Notes: generated by a model not told the origin, from the sequence alone. A stretch of DNA of 64,000 nt from Promethearchaeia archaeon (GCA_046497275.1 JAWOFX010000054.1:3880-67879), one strand, 5' to 3'. Shown: positions 46,134-55,697, counted from the stretch's first letter. Program-made: numbers and translations.

Positions 46134-47276
46134 ATGATAAAAATATCATTTAAACCGAAAAACCAAAAGAATAATGTAATTCCAATTTTGGAATATTATG
46201 GTTATGTTATAGCCAAATTAGTTGATTCATTTTCTCTGTTTTCGACTTTTATTGATAAATTGGAAACATTATATATAAGAAAAACAATTGGTACTATAGA
46301 GATTAATAGCCCAATCTTTATAACTGGAATTCCAAGATCTGGCACAACTATCACTCTTGAAATGTTAGCCAAACATCCTGAAGTAGCTTCTCATAAATAT
46401 AAGCATCTTCTCATGCCTTATATTCCATATTGGTTTAGTAACGCAATAAATAAATTGAAAATTTCTTTAGAACCAACTGAAAGAATACATCAAGATAGAA
46501 TATTCATTAATCAAGATAGTCCGGAAGCTGTAGAAGAGATTTTTTGGCAAAGATTCTTTGAAAATGTTCATAATGAAAGTGATTCAAATATTTTAGACAA
46601 TAATACTAAGAATGAAGAATTCGAAAATTTTTATAAGAATCATATTAAAAAGTTGCTAATAAGTCAAGAATCTTCAAGATATATCGCAAAAAATAATTAT
46701 AATTTAACAAGATTGGAATATTTAATCAAAATTTTTCCAGATGTTAAATTTGTAATACTAATACGTAATCCTATAAATCAAATTGCTTCAATTATTAAAC
46801 AACAAAAATCATTCATTAAAATGGAATCAATCTCACCTCTATTATCAGAGTGGAATAATATTCTTGGCCATCATGAATTTGGAAATCATTCTAGTTTAAT
46901 TAATTTGAATGACTATGAATTAGTTAAAAAAATTAGAAGTTTATTAAAGAATAAAAATTCATATGTAAAAGGATGGGGTTATTATTGGACTTCTCTTTAT
47001 GATCATGTCATGAAAATTATAAAAATTAATAAAAAAGTCAAAAAAGCTAGTTTAATTGTACGATATGAAGATTTATGCGAATCCTCATCATCAACAATCG
47101 ATAAAATCCTTGATCACACCAACCTACCACATGAGCAGTTTGATCATACGAAAAAGTATTATGTTAGATGTCTAGAGAAACCTTCTTATTATAAACCACA
47201 TTTTTCGGATATAGAAATTGAAAATATATTAAAAATCACAAGACCAACAGCGAAAAAATATGGATATCAATTATAA
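46134..47276 (+). CDS. Sulfotransferase family protein (PAPS-dependent type)
   Basis: 5'-PSB-like loop ITGIPRSGTTITLEML and 3'-PB-like RNPINQIAS. Confidence 0.65.
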   Translation: MIKISFKPKNQKNNVIPILEYYGYVIAKLVDSFSLFSTFIDKLETLYIRKTIGTIEINSPIFITGIPRSGTTITLEMLAKHPEVASHKYKHLLMPYIPYWFSNAINKLKISLEPTERIHQDRIFINQDSPEAVEEIFWQRFFENVHNESDSNILDNNTKNEEFENFYKNHIKKLLISQESSRYIAKNNYNLTRLEYLIKIFPDVKFVILIRNPINQIASIIKQQKSFIKMESISPLLSEWNNILGHHEFGNHSSLINLNDYELVKKIRSLLKNKNSYVKGWGYYWTSLYDHVMKIIKINKKVKKASLIVRYEDLCESSSSTIDKILDHTNLPHEQFDHTKKYYVRCLEKPSYYKPHFSDIEIENILKITRPTAKKYGYQL

Positions 47277-47457
47277 TATTCTCTTCGATTTTAATTTCTA
47301 TAATGGCTTATTCCAAGTCTTAAATTATTAGAAATAGTATCAATTCGTATAAAAAGCTATAGCATTTTAATAATTCTCCCAAATTAAAGAGCTTAAAATT
47401 TTTATGTATGTAATAATATTTTAAAATATTTAGTTAATAATCTAAAGGAAACTGAAT

Positions 47458-48921
47458 TTGAAAAAATATAATATACTATTTATCCACCCCCCAATCAATT
47501 CCAGCTCGATTCAAGATGAAAGTCCTCATAAAAGACGCGGAAATTATATATTTATTCCCATGGGCGTTTTTGCTATCGCTGACCTATTGGAAAGAGAGGG
47601 TTTTAGTGTCAAAATAATAAATTTTCCTTTAGAGAAATTCCTTAATTCTAAATGGAATTTAAAAGATTTTTTAAAAAACCTTGATTTCGATATTTGCGCA
47701 ATTGATCTACATTGGATCCACAATTCTTACGGTGCTTTATATATTTCTAAGGTAGTTAAAGAAATTGATAAAAATATCAAAGTAATTTTTGGAGGTTATA
47801 GTGCTTCATATTTCCATAAACAGATTTTGAAATATTATCAAACAGTAGATGGAATTATTAGAGGAGATGGTGAAATTCCATTTTTAGAATATACTAGATG
47901 CCATCTAAGAAACAAAAATTTTGATAAAGTTCCAAATTTGACTTATAGAAATTCATCAGGCATGATAAAAGTTAATCCAATTTCCTATATTGCAAAATCT
48001 TTAGAAGATTTAAATTTTTCTAATATATCTTTAATGCACAATGCGGAGTCATATTTAAATAATAGCAGAAAAATTATGGGAATATCTTATAATGTTTCTG
48101 TTGGAAGAGGTTGTCCATTTAATTGTCCGTTTTGTGCAGGAGGAAAAAAGGCTCAAGAAAAATATTCTTGTCGAACAGAGGTAATTCTAAGGAATCCACG
48201 AAGAGTTGTTGAAGATATTTTATTTATTTATCATAATTATAATATTGATAATTTCTTTTTTGGACATGGAACTTATCCAAAAACCCTTAAGTACTGGGAG
48301 AAATTGTTTTCTATTATCAGAGAAGAAAATATCGATATTTCTGCTGATTTAGAAATTTGGAGATTACCATTTCCTAAAAAAATGGTTCAGAGTTTTTATG
48401 AGACATTCAATAATAAAAAATCTTCGTTAAGTATCTCCCCAAGAACAATCTCTTCTTCTGTCCAGAAGAAAATTGCGAAATTAGATGATCCAACATTTAT
48501 TTTCAGAAAAAGTGAAATTTTCAAGCTTATTGAAGACACAATTCAATACCGAATCCCATTAAGAATATGGTTGACAATTGGATTTCCTTTTCAAAATAGA
48601 AGAGAAATTATAAAAGATATTATGTTTGCTATAGAATGTGTATTAAAGTATGGAAAATCGAAAAAAAATCCTATAGCAATTATGAGTGAACCGTACTTTA
48701 TATTCCCAGGCTCCCCCGTATTTGAGGATCCTGAAAAATATGGAATTAAATTAAAATTAACTAATTTTCCTGAAATTGTAAATGCATTTAAGAATTCTAA
48801 AATTTCATTTTTTTATAACTTGACAAATTATGATAATAAATATTTTTCAAGTAATTTTATAAGAAAATTGAATCTGCTATTTTTCTTAATTGTAGCACCA
48901 ATGTTCCTTACAAGTGGTTAA
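47458..48921 (+). CDS. B12-binding-domain radical SAM protein
   Basis: TTG start. N-terminal Rossmann-like domain (ICAIDLHW...VIFGGYSAS), then VSVGRGCPFNCPFCAG. Confidence 0.7.
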   Translation: MKKYNILFIHPPINSSSIQDESPHKRRGNYIFIPMGVFAIADLLEREGFSVKIINFPLEKFLNSKWNLKDFLKNLDFDICAIDLHWIHNSYGALYISKVVKEIDKNIKVIFGGYSASYFHKQILKYYQTVDGIIRGDGEIPFLEYTRCHLRNKNFDKVPNLTYRNSSGMIKVNPISYIAKSLEDLNFSNISLMHNAESYLNNSRKIMGISYNVSVGRGCPFNCPFCAGGKKAQEKYSCRTEVILRNPRRVVEDILFIYHNYNIDNFFFGHGTYPKTLKYWEKLFSIIREENIDISADLEIWRLPFPKKMVQSFYETFNNKKSSLSISPRTISSSVQKKIAKLDDPTFIFRKSEIFKLIEDTIQYRIPLRIWLTIGFPFQNRREIIKDIMFAIECVLKYGKSKKNPIAIMSEPYFIFPGSPVFEDPEKYGIKLKLTNFPEIVNAFKNSKISFFYNLTNYDNKYFSSNFIRKLNLLFFLIVAPMFLTSG

Positions 48922-49091
48922 AAATAAGTTATTCTAGATTGATTTTTTTAATTTTATTCAAATTAATCAAAATCAAAATATCTTCCAAGAAGTTTAAATT
49001 TATTCTAAAATTTTAAATTAAAATCTATTTTTAGATTATTAAAAGATTTTTTGATCTTAATTACATTTAAATATATCATAAATGAATTTCA

Positions 49092-50492
49092 ATGAAACTA
49101 ACAGTAGCAACTAATTGGGATTACAATTTAATTGATGAATTAGTAAAATATCCAGTTTCAGATTTGTATGGAGTTGCACAAGAAAGCCCGGTTGGTGGAG
49201 GACGTCCTTCATTTCTATTAACATCAATCTCTAAAAAAAAAATAGAAAAATATATCAAAGAGGTTCATAATAAGGGTATGAAATTTTCATATCTTCTTAA
49301 TGCACCTTGCATGGGCAATATGGAATATAATAAAGAATATCATAAACTATTAATCAAATATATCCAATGGATAAGCGATATCGAGGTAGATAGTGTAATT
49401 GTTACCATTCCGTTTTTGATTCAAGTCATCAAAAAACAATTTCCAGAATTAAAAATACGCGTTTCTACAATTGCAACCGTTAATAGTATTAATCGAGCAA
49501 AATTTTATGAGATGCTTGGAGCCGATGAGATCACTCCTGATGTCATGATAAATCGAGATTTTAAAACATTAAAAAATATCCAAAAGGCAACTAATTGTAA
49601 AATCGTGTTATTACTAACTGATGGTTGTTTATACCAATGCCCTTTTAGATTATATCATTATAATCTTTTAGGTCACGCATCTCAAACAAATAACGAGATT
49701 GGGCAAAACTATATTGATACTTGCATTTTAAACTGTAGCATTATTAAATATTCTGATCCTGCAGAAGTTTTAAAAGCAAGGTGGATCCGTCCTGAAGATC
49801 TTTCTCATTATATGGAAATCGGAATAGATCATTTTAAAATCGCAGGAAGGCGTATGTCTACACCATGGATTCTTAGAGCAGTTAAAGCTTTCTCATCTCA
49901 AAAATATAATGGGAATCTAGTAGATATTATTCAAGGATTTTCAATGTCATTTGGTGGTTTAGAACAGAAAGATCCCAATTTAAGCTTGAGAAAAACCATA
50001 GGAGAAGAGTCTAAATCCAAATTATATATTGACAATACAAAATTAGATGGCTTTATAGATTTTTTTAAAAACCAAAATTGTATATCTATGTGTGATCAAT
50101 GCGATTATTGTGAAAAATGGGCAAATAAAGCAGTAAGATTAGATCCTGAAAAGTCTTCTAATTATTTAAAATCTCTTAAAGCATATCTTGATGATATCAT
50201 AACAAGCAGAGAATTTGGACTAAAAACTTCAGAAAGCAAAGAAGAAATAAAAAAGGGCATGAACTGGAATTCTAAAACAGAACAACTTTTCAATGAATTA
50301 ATCAATTTGACTCCATCCCAATTTAGGTCTATGGCAAAAGTAGCTATATCCTCGGTTGCTGAAGAGAATGCTAGAAAGAGAAAATCTAATGAAGTTATGA
50401 ATCAAGATATGATAAAAGCATTCATAGAGGGTACTCCAGGACCTTTTCAAGATGATATGAAGAAGGGACTTAAAAAATTTAATCTCATATAA
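49092..50492 (+). CDS. U32-like Fe-S TIM-barrel protein with Cys4 motif and C-terminal PCP_red-like module
   Basis: MKLTVATNWDYNLIDEL...GGGRPS...VIVTIPFLIQVIKKQFPELKIRVSTIATVNS...LLLTDGCLYQCPFRLYHYN. CISMCDQCDYC motif. Shared module at 50259-50489 (MNWNSKTEQLFNELINLTPSQFR...). Confidence 0.6.
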   Translation: MKLTVATNWDYNLIDELVKYPVSDLYGVAQESPVGGGRPSFLLTSISKKKIEKYIKEVHNKGMKFSYLLNAPCMGNMEYNKEYHKLLIKYIQWISDIEVDSVIVTIPFLIQVIKKQFPELKIRVSTIATVNSINRAKFYEMLGADEITPDVMINRDFKTLKNIQKATNCKIVLLLTDGCLYQCPFRLYHYNLLGHASQTNNEIGQNYIDTCILNCSIIKYSDPAEVLKARWIRPEDLSHYMEIGIDHFKIAGRRMSTPWILRAVKAFSSQKYNGNLVDIIQGFSMSFGGLEQKDPNLSLRKTIGEESKSKLYIDNTKLDGFIDFFKNQNCISMCDQCDYCEKWANKAVRLDPEKSSNYLKSLKAYLDDIITSREFGLKTSESKEEIKKGMNWNSKTEQLFNELINLTPSQFRSMAKVAISSVAEENARKRKSNEVMNQDMIKAFIEGTPGPFQDDMKKGLKKFNLI

Positions 50493-50712
50493 ATTGAAAA
50501 CAATTTTTTTAAGATTTAATTTCTTTTAGTTCCACTTAGATTATCGTAAACAAGAAATCTTTAAATAGATTCATTATAACTCCAATTTCATAAGTAAAAT
50601 CTAAGAGATATAATTCCATAAATTAAAATTCTAAAACTTTATAAATAATTTCTTATAACAAATCATATAATTACTGATATTTAATATATTAAAATTTTTA
50701 ATTGGTATAAAG

Positions 50713-51504
50713 ATGTTTAAGTTCAATTTTAGGAGAATTCAATCATCTAATTTCCTTGGATTTAAATTGATTTTTACATTAATACTGATTAGCATTTTTG
50801 TTCCTTTATCTCTAGTAATTTTCTATTTTTTTGATGCTATTAATTATAAGGCATTAATTTTTGATTTTAGTAACGAATTCAAATCTCTTAATTATTTAAA
50901 TTTCTTTAAAAGTGTTCTACTTATTAATCCCTTTAAGAACACGGAGATTTTTTTTATATTTATAACAATATTGCTAAATTTAATTTTTGTGTGCATTGTT
51001 ATAGCAATAATAGAATCAAGCATTTTTTTTTACATTTGGGAAGCATGTATGGAGGATTTAGATTTTTACGTCCCATATAATTCCAAAGAAGAACATGAAA
51101 TGCCTTATGACCCATTTTTAAATCAAGAAGAAAATAATATGAAAAAAATATCTGAATCAAACAACTTTTTCGGTATAATACCATTAAAAAATTTTAATAA
51201 GAACCGAAATCATAATCTATTTTATTATGAAAATCATCTAATTAAAAAAACAAAAATTTTATTAACAAAACCCAAACAACTCCAAGATTCTTTAAGGAAA
51301 ATATCAATAAAAAGAAAAAAAAGATTTTCTTATAATTCAAATTCAAACTTTCTAATCCTTATTTTCTATATTTTTAATTCCTTACCTTTTAATTACCCAA
51401 TAAAATCTCATTTTAAAGAATCTTCATTTAATAAAGAGGGAAATATCTTCAATCTAAAATTTAGGATAAATTATGATTTCAGATTTGAATTTTTAAATAT
51501 ATGA
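50713..51504 (+). CDS. Phe/Asn/Lys-rich membrane-associated hypothetical protein; paralogue of 32972..33730
   Basis: 263 aa. Same composition and architecture, and collinear blocks with 32972..33730. Confidence 0.4.
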   Translation: MFKFNFRRIQSSNFLGFKLIFTLILISIFVPLSLVIFYFFDAINYKALIFDFSNEFKSLNYLNFFKSVLLINPFKNTEIFFIFITILLNLIFVCIVIAIIESSIFFYIWEACMEDLDFYVPYNSKEEHEMPYDPFLNQEENNMKKISESNNFFGIIPLKNFNKNRNHNLFYYENHLIKKTKILLTKPKQLQDSLRKISIKRKKRFSYNSNSNFLILIFYIFNSLPFNYPIKSHFKESSFNKEGNIFNLKFRINYDFRFEFLNI

Positions 51505-51529
51505 AAAAAAAAATAATTGAAAAAAATAG

Positions 51530-52480
51530 TTGAATAAAAAAATGTTTGCAATAATATTTGAATTGATTTTTCCATTGGCACTAATTGGAATCTTGATAAT
51601 TATATTCATAAAGGGAATCTTTACTAAAGCTGAGGAACGAGATTATATGACATTCGATGAATTTATTAAAGATTGGATCAGAGATCATGGTGTAGAGCAT
51701 AAGCTTGAACCATACTTTGAATCAATGAAGAAAAATCCTGCGGGAAAATTATATATGCCGATAACATATAAGTGGGGAAAATTTTTCAGTAAACTGGGAG
51801 TATCAGCAAATGAGGTCTCTATTATTAATTTGACATTATCTTTTCTTGGCTTTTATGGTGTAATTATGGCTGGGAGAGGACATCTATTAAATTATCTGAC
51901 TCGGCAACCTGCTTTCGGATCTTGGTTTATTGTTCTTGGTATTATATTTTTAGTTGCGGGAATAATAGATGGAGCAGATGGCGCAATCGCTAGATTAGAA
52001 AATACCAAGTCGGCGTCTGGTGCTTGGTTTGATAATAATATTGATAGAATCAGCGATATATTGATGTTGGTATGCTTGATACCTGGAGGACTCTCAATAA
52101 TACCAGAATACAACTATGATTTTAGATGGCTTGTGTGGACAAATGTATTATTAATCTTTATTTATGAATATATGAGAGCCAGACATCAAGGTTTAGGATT
52201 ACATGCATTACAACCAACCATAGGCGAGAGAATTTCTAGGATAATAATAATTTCTACGTTTTTCTTTATTTATGGAATCTCTAGTTTTTCGGTTTTCATA
52301 ACGTACTTAATAAACCCTTCCTTAACTTCTCTCTGGTCGGTTTCTCATAGTGGAATTATAAACTGGGTTATGATAATACATCAAATTGCTCTGCTTTTAG
52401 TAATGATTATCTCAGTGATTCGCACTATAATATTCGTATGGAAAAACTTAAAAAAAATGGACGAGAGTGAGAATAATTAG
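51530..52480 (+). CDS. CDP-alcohol phosphatidyltransferase family protein
   Basis: TTG start. Exact family signature DG-x2-AR-x8-G-x3-D-x3-D in IIDGADGAIARLENTKSASGAWFDNNIDRISD. Polytopic membrane protein. Confidence 0.85.
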   Translation: MNKKMFAIIFELIFPLALIGILIIIFIKGIFTKAEERDYMTFDEFIKDWIRDHGVEHKLEPYFESMKKNPAGKLYMPITYKWGKFFSKLGVSANEVSIINLTLSFLGFYGVIMAGRGHLLNYLTRQPAFGSWFIVLGIIFLVAGIIDGADGAIARLENTKSASGAWFDNNIDRISDILMLVCLIPGGLSIIPEYNYDFRWLVWTNVLLIFIYEYMRARHQGLGLHALQPTIGERISRIIIISTFFFIYGISSFSVFITYLINPSLTSLWSVSHSGIINWVMIIHQIALLLVMIISVIRTIIFVWKNLKKMDESENN

Positions 52481-52578
52481 AAGAAAAGAAGGGTTATTAA
52501 GAAAATTATTTAATTATTTTATTTTTTTGATTTTTTTTAAAACTTTAAATAAATTAATAATTAGAGGTTAGTCTGAAA

Positions 52579-53880
52579 TTGTTATTTAAATTTGAAGATT
52601 ATTTACCTGACGAATTAAAAGAAAAATATTTTGATTTTTCTCCACGTAATTATTCGGACGAGGAATTCTATAATGCTTTATTAACTCAAATTAAGAAATC
52701 ATTTGAAAATTGTAAATTATATAGAGATGTTATTTGTAAAAGATTTGACTACTCAATCCCAGATGAAATTAATGCCGATGACTTAGAAAAAATTCCTTAT
52801 ATCAATACAAATTTGTTTAAAAAAATAAATAAAAACGTTTTGAACCTTATGAAAGTCCCTCCCGAGGAGATTGCATTATTTTCTTGTTCTTCCTCTACAT
52901 CTGGAGATCCCTCAATAATGCCGCGCACTTTAGAAGATTTTGATCAGATTCAATATAATTCTATCAAAGTATTTACTGAATTTTTTAGATGGAAAAGCTT
53001 AACGAAGGATGGGAAAAAACCCCTCGTTTTTAATTTTGCCCCGAGTCGGCATATGATGTCATTTATGGCTAAAAAGAATGCAAAAGGATTTAAATATCTT
53101 GAAAAAACACGATATTTTTCAGCTTGTATGAATAAACCTTGGGAATATCTTGGACATGAAGAATATTTAGTGAAAGTGAAAATATTGAAAACATTATGGG
53201 CTATCATCTCTACATTTTCAGCTAGAGGAGGATTCGTGTTAGATATATCAAAAATGTTGAAAATGATTGAGAAAGTCTTAGATAAAGGATCTTATAAAAA
53301 TATGGAAATAAGTACAATTATTTTCGGAGGAAGTCCCTTATTGATGAATAATATGTTCGAGAACCGATTGTTAAAAGAGAATAAATTCTACAATCTTCAA
53401 GATATTGGATTTGCAGGTTGTGGTGGAGGAGGTTGGGATGGTGTAAAAGGAGAGGCAAAGATGGATTCAGTAAATAAATCTAAATTTATTGGATATTTCG
53501 AAAAAGTATTCAATATGAAACATGAAAATATCGCAGATATTTATGCATTTACAGAATCACCAACGCTATTCGGTGCTCATTGGTCTGAAAAATATCAAGA
53601 TTTCTTATATCATTGTCCTAACACATCTCGAATCATCGTGAGAGATATAAAATCATTACAACCTGTTAATATTGGACAAGAGGGGTTACTTGAAGTTATT
53701 ACTCCTTATGGAGTGAATGGAGCTGTAAATCAAGCAATGCTCGTGGATGATATAGTAGAAATAGTATCCGCTGATAAATGTTCAGAATGTGGCTATCAAG
53801 GTGCTACTTTTAGAGTTTTAGGAAGGTTAAAAAACTTAAAAGGTGAGAGTTGTTCTTCTTTGATAGATTGGCTACATTAA
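52579..53880 (+). CDS. LuxE-like acyl-protein synthetase / adenylate-forming enzyme
   Basis: TTG start with GAGGT RBS. CSSSSTSGDPS, GCGGGGWDG, IYAFTESP, FRVLGRLKNLKGESCS. Collinear with 44186..45445. Confidence 0.55.
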   Translation: MLFKFEDYLPDELKEKYFDFSPRNYSDEEFYNALLTQIKKSFENCKLYRDVICKRFDYSIPDEINADDLEKIPYINTNLFKKINKNVLNLMKVPPEEIALFSCSSSTSGDPSIMPRTLEDFDQIQYNSIKVFTEFFRWKSLTKDGKKPLVFNFAPSRHMMSFMAKKNAKGFKYLEKTRYFSACMNKPWEYLGHEEYLVKVKILKTLWAIISTFSARGGFVLDISKMLKMIEKVLDKGSYKNMEISTIIFGGSPLLMNNMFENRLLKENKFYNLQDIGFAGCGGGGWDGVKGEAKMDSVNKSKFIGYFEKVFNMKHENIADIYAFTESPTLFGAHWSEKYQDFLYHCPNTSRIIVRDIKSLQPVNIGQEGLLEVITPYGVNGAVNQAMLVDDIVEIVSADKCSECGYQGATFRVLGRLKNLKGESCSSLIDWLH

Positions 53881-54019
53881 ACTAATTTTAACATCACTTT
53901 TTTTATCATAAAAAATATCAAGATTTTCCAAAAGAGAATATTTCATTGAAAAAAATATCTCTACATGAAAATTTTTTAAAATCATTGAAAAATCGGTTTA
54001 GTAACCGAGAACAAAAATT

Positions 54020-54628
54020 TCAAATAATAAAGAATCCATAGGAAAAATTTATAAAACCGATGGAAATTAGACTTCTTATTAATCCTAAAGATGAAAGACC
54101 TAATGTAATTAAACTTAAAATAAGACCTAATATTAACAAATTGCTACCCTTTTCTTCGTCAATATCGTATGGGGTCAATCTTCTTGCTTTACTGCTATAT
54201 GATTTTGAAATTATCGCAAAAATCAATCCAAGGACAGAAAATAACAAGGAAAAACCTGAAAATATTATTCCTAAAGCTGGGATTTCTGGTAAGATATATC
54301 CATACATCCAATTTCTGTAAAGTTTGATACCACTCAATCCAATACCTATCCCTGATAGCACAACTGATGCTATTGCATAAGACAAACATTTCCTACCAAG
54401 GCTGGAGGCTTGAATTTCTTCTTTCTTTGGTATAGTATTATAATCTTTTGGTTTTATTTCGTGATGTTCTTTTTTTTCATATTTATCAAATTCTTTCGAT
54501 TGAGTTTCCTTAATCTTATAAGGATATTCCTCATGGCTAAAGATTTCTGTTCCACAATTTTGACAATATCTTTGATAGTCACTTTCTAATTTAGAACCAC
54601 ATATAGGACAATACATTTTACTGTTCAC
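54020..54628 (-). CDS. Zinc-ribbon membrane protein (family member 1 of 3)
   Basis: N-terminal MYCPICGSKLESDYQRYCQNCGTEI, charged linker, C-terminal multi-TM domain. Confidence 0.6.
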   Translation of the reverse strand: MNSKMYCPICGSKLESDYQRYCQNCGTEIFSHEEYPYKIKETQSKEFDKYEKKEHHEIKPKDYNTIPKKEEIQASSLGRKCLSYAIASVVLSGIGIGLSGIKLYRNWMYGYILPEIPALGIIFSGFSLLFSVLGLIFAIISKSYSSKARRLTPYDIDEEKGSNLLILGLILSLITLGLSSLGLIRSLISIGFINFSYGFFII

Positions 54629-54887
54629 ATTATTTTATCAAATGGTATATTAAATATTATTTAAGTTTACGACTTATTAATCTTACTCCTTCATAAAGCT
54701 TTTAAGCATAATGGAAATCAATTAATTTATAACCCCACTTTTTTATAATCATATGGTTCTACTAAGTCAAAAGTAGTTTTATTCCAATTCTTTTAAATTT
54801 ATAATTGCTCTATGTTTTTCAGATGTAAAAAAATATAGTAATATTAAGGTAAAAAAATAAAAAAGATAATTTTTGTATTAAAAAATC

Positions 54888-55523
54888 TTATATAAATGGA
54901 AATAATGTACCTAAGTCAATCAATACAATAATAGCTAATATTATTCCAATAAGGGCTAGTGCTAATGCCATTACATTCATTATAATACCAAATATAGCAA
55001 GAGTACTTCCTACTTGTTCAATTACATTTTTTGGTTCTGATTTATTCGCTTCCTTACTATAACCTCTAGAGGATGATGCAAATATCAATCCAGGAATAGA
55101 TAATCCCAGAGAAATACTTGAAAGAATTATACCTAAAATAGGACGTGGAGAACTGCTTCTAATAATTAAAACAGTAAATCTACCTACTCCAAATCCAATT
55201 GAAACTCCAAAAAATGCTAAAGATACAATTGCAAATATTAAACATTTTTTAGAATATTCACCCGCCTCACCTTCTTCTTTCGGTGATTCAGCACTATAAT
55301 CGACAGTTTTTGCTTTTGGTTCCTCAGGTTGAGTAATTGGCTCTTCTAGTTCAGTTTCCTTAGCGGGTGGTTTATCATCTTCAATAGGAGACGGCTCTGG
55401 TTCATCAGTTACAATTGGCGTTTCGCTGGGAATAACAATTTCAGATCCACAATTCTGACAAAATTTTTGATTTTCGCTTTCTAATTCCGCTCCACACATT
55501 GGACAATACATACGAATATTCAC
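54888..55523 (-). CDS. Zinc-ribbon membrane protein (family member 2 of 3)
   Basis: MYCPMCGAELESENQKFCQNCGSEI, Pro/Glu-rich linker, TM domain. Upstream region conserved with member 3. Confidence 0.6.
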   Translation of the reverse strand: MNIRMYCPMCGAELESENQKFCQNCGSEIVIPSETPIVTDEPEPSPIEDDKPPAKETELEEPITQPEEPKAKTVDYSAESPKEEGEAGEYSKKCLIFAIVSLAFFGVSIGFGVGRFTVLIIRSSSPRPILGIILSSISLGLSIPGLIFASSSRGYSKEANKSEPKNVIEQVGSTLAIFGIIMNVMALALALIGIILAIIVLIDLGTLFPFI

Positions 55524-55697
55524 ACTATTTTTTTAAAATTCTGATTAATTATAATATAATTTAGATGTTAATCTATTTAATTTTACGTGTAATTGTAATT
55601 TTTAAGACAATATTAGATCCCTAAAATAGAGAAAAATACTTTTTTGTTAATTTAGATTTGTAAAAAAAGAAAAGAAAAAATTTTTTATTTAAAAAAA

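Noticed and set aside
39286-50492. Taking the 'peptidase U32 / collagenase' name literally and calling the three TIM-barrel proteins proteases.
   Set aside because: Characterised members with Cys clusters (UbiU/UbiV, RlhA, TrhP) are Fe-S hydroxylation enzymes rather than proteases. The Cys motifs, the SCP2 fusion and the biosynthetic context here fit that role better. The family assignment itself still needs HMM confirmation.
31341-53880. RiPP interpretation of the cluster (SPASM rSAMs acting on a ribosomal precursor peptide).
   Set aside because: I read the intergenic spacers (32781-32971, 45446-45588, 45907-46133, 47277-47457, 48922-49091, 50493-50712) on both strands. Only trivially short ORFs turned up (for example MAYSKS*), with no plausible leader-core peptide and no PqqD-like RRE. 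A precursor encoded elsewhere, or one under 20 aa, cannot be excluded.
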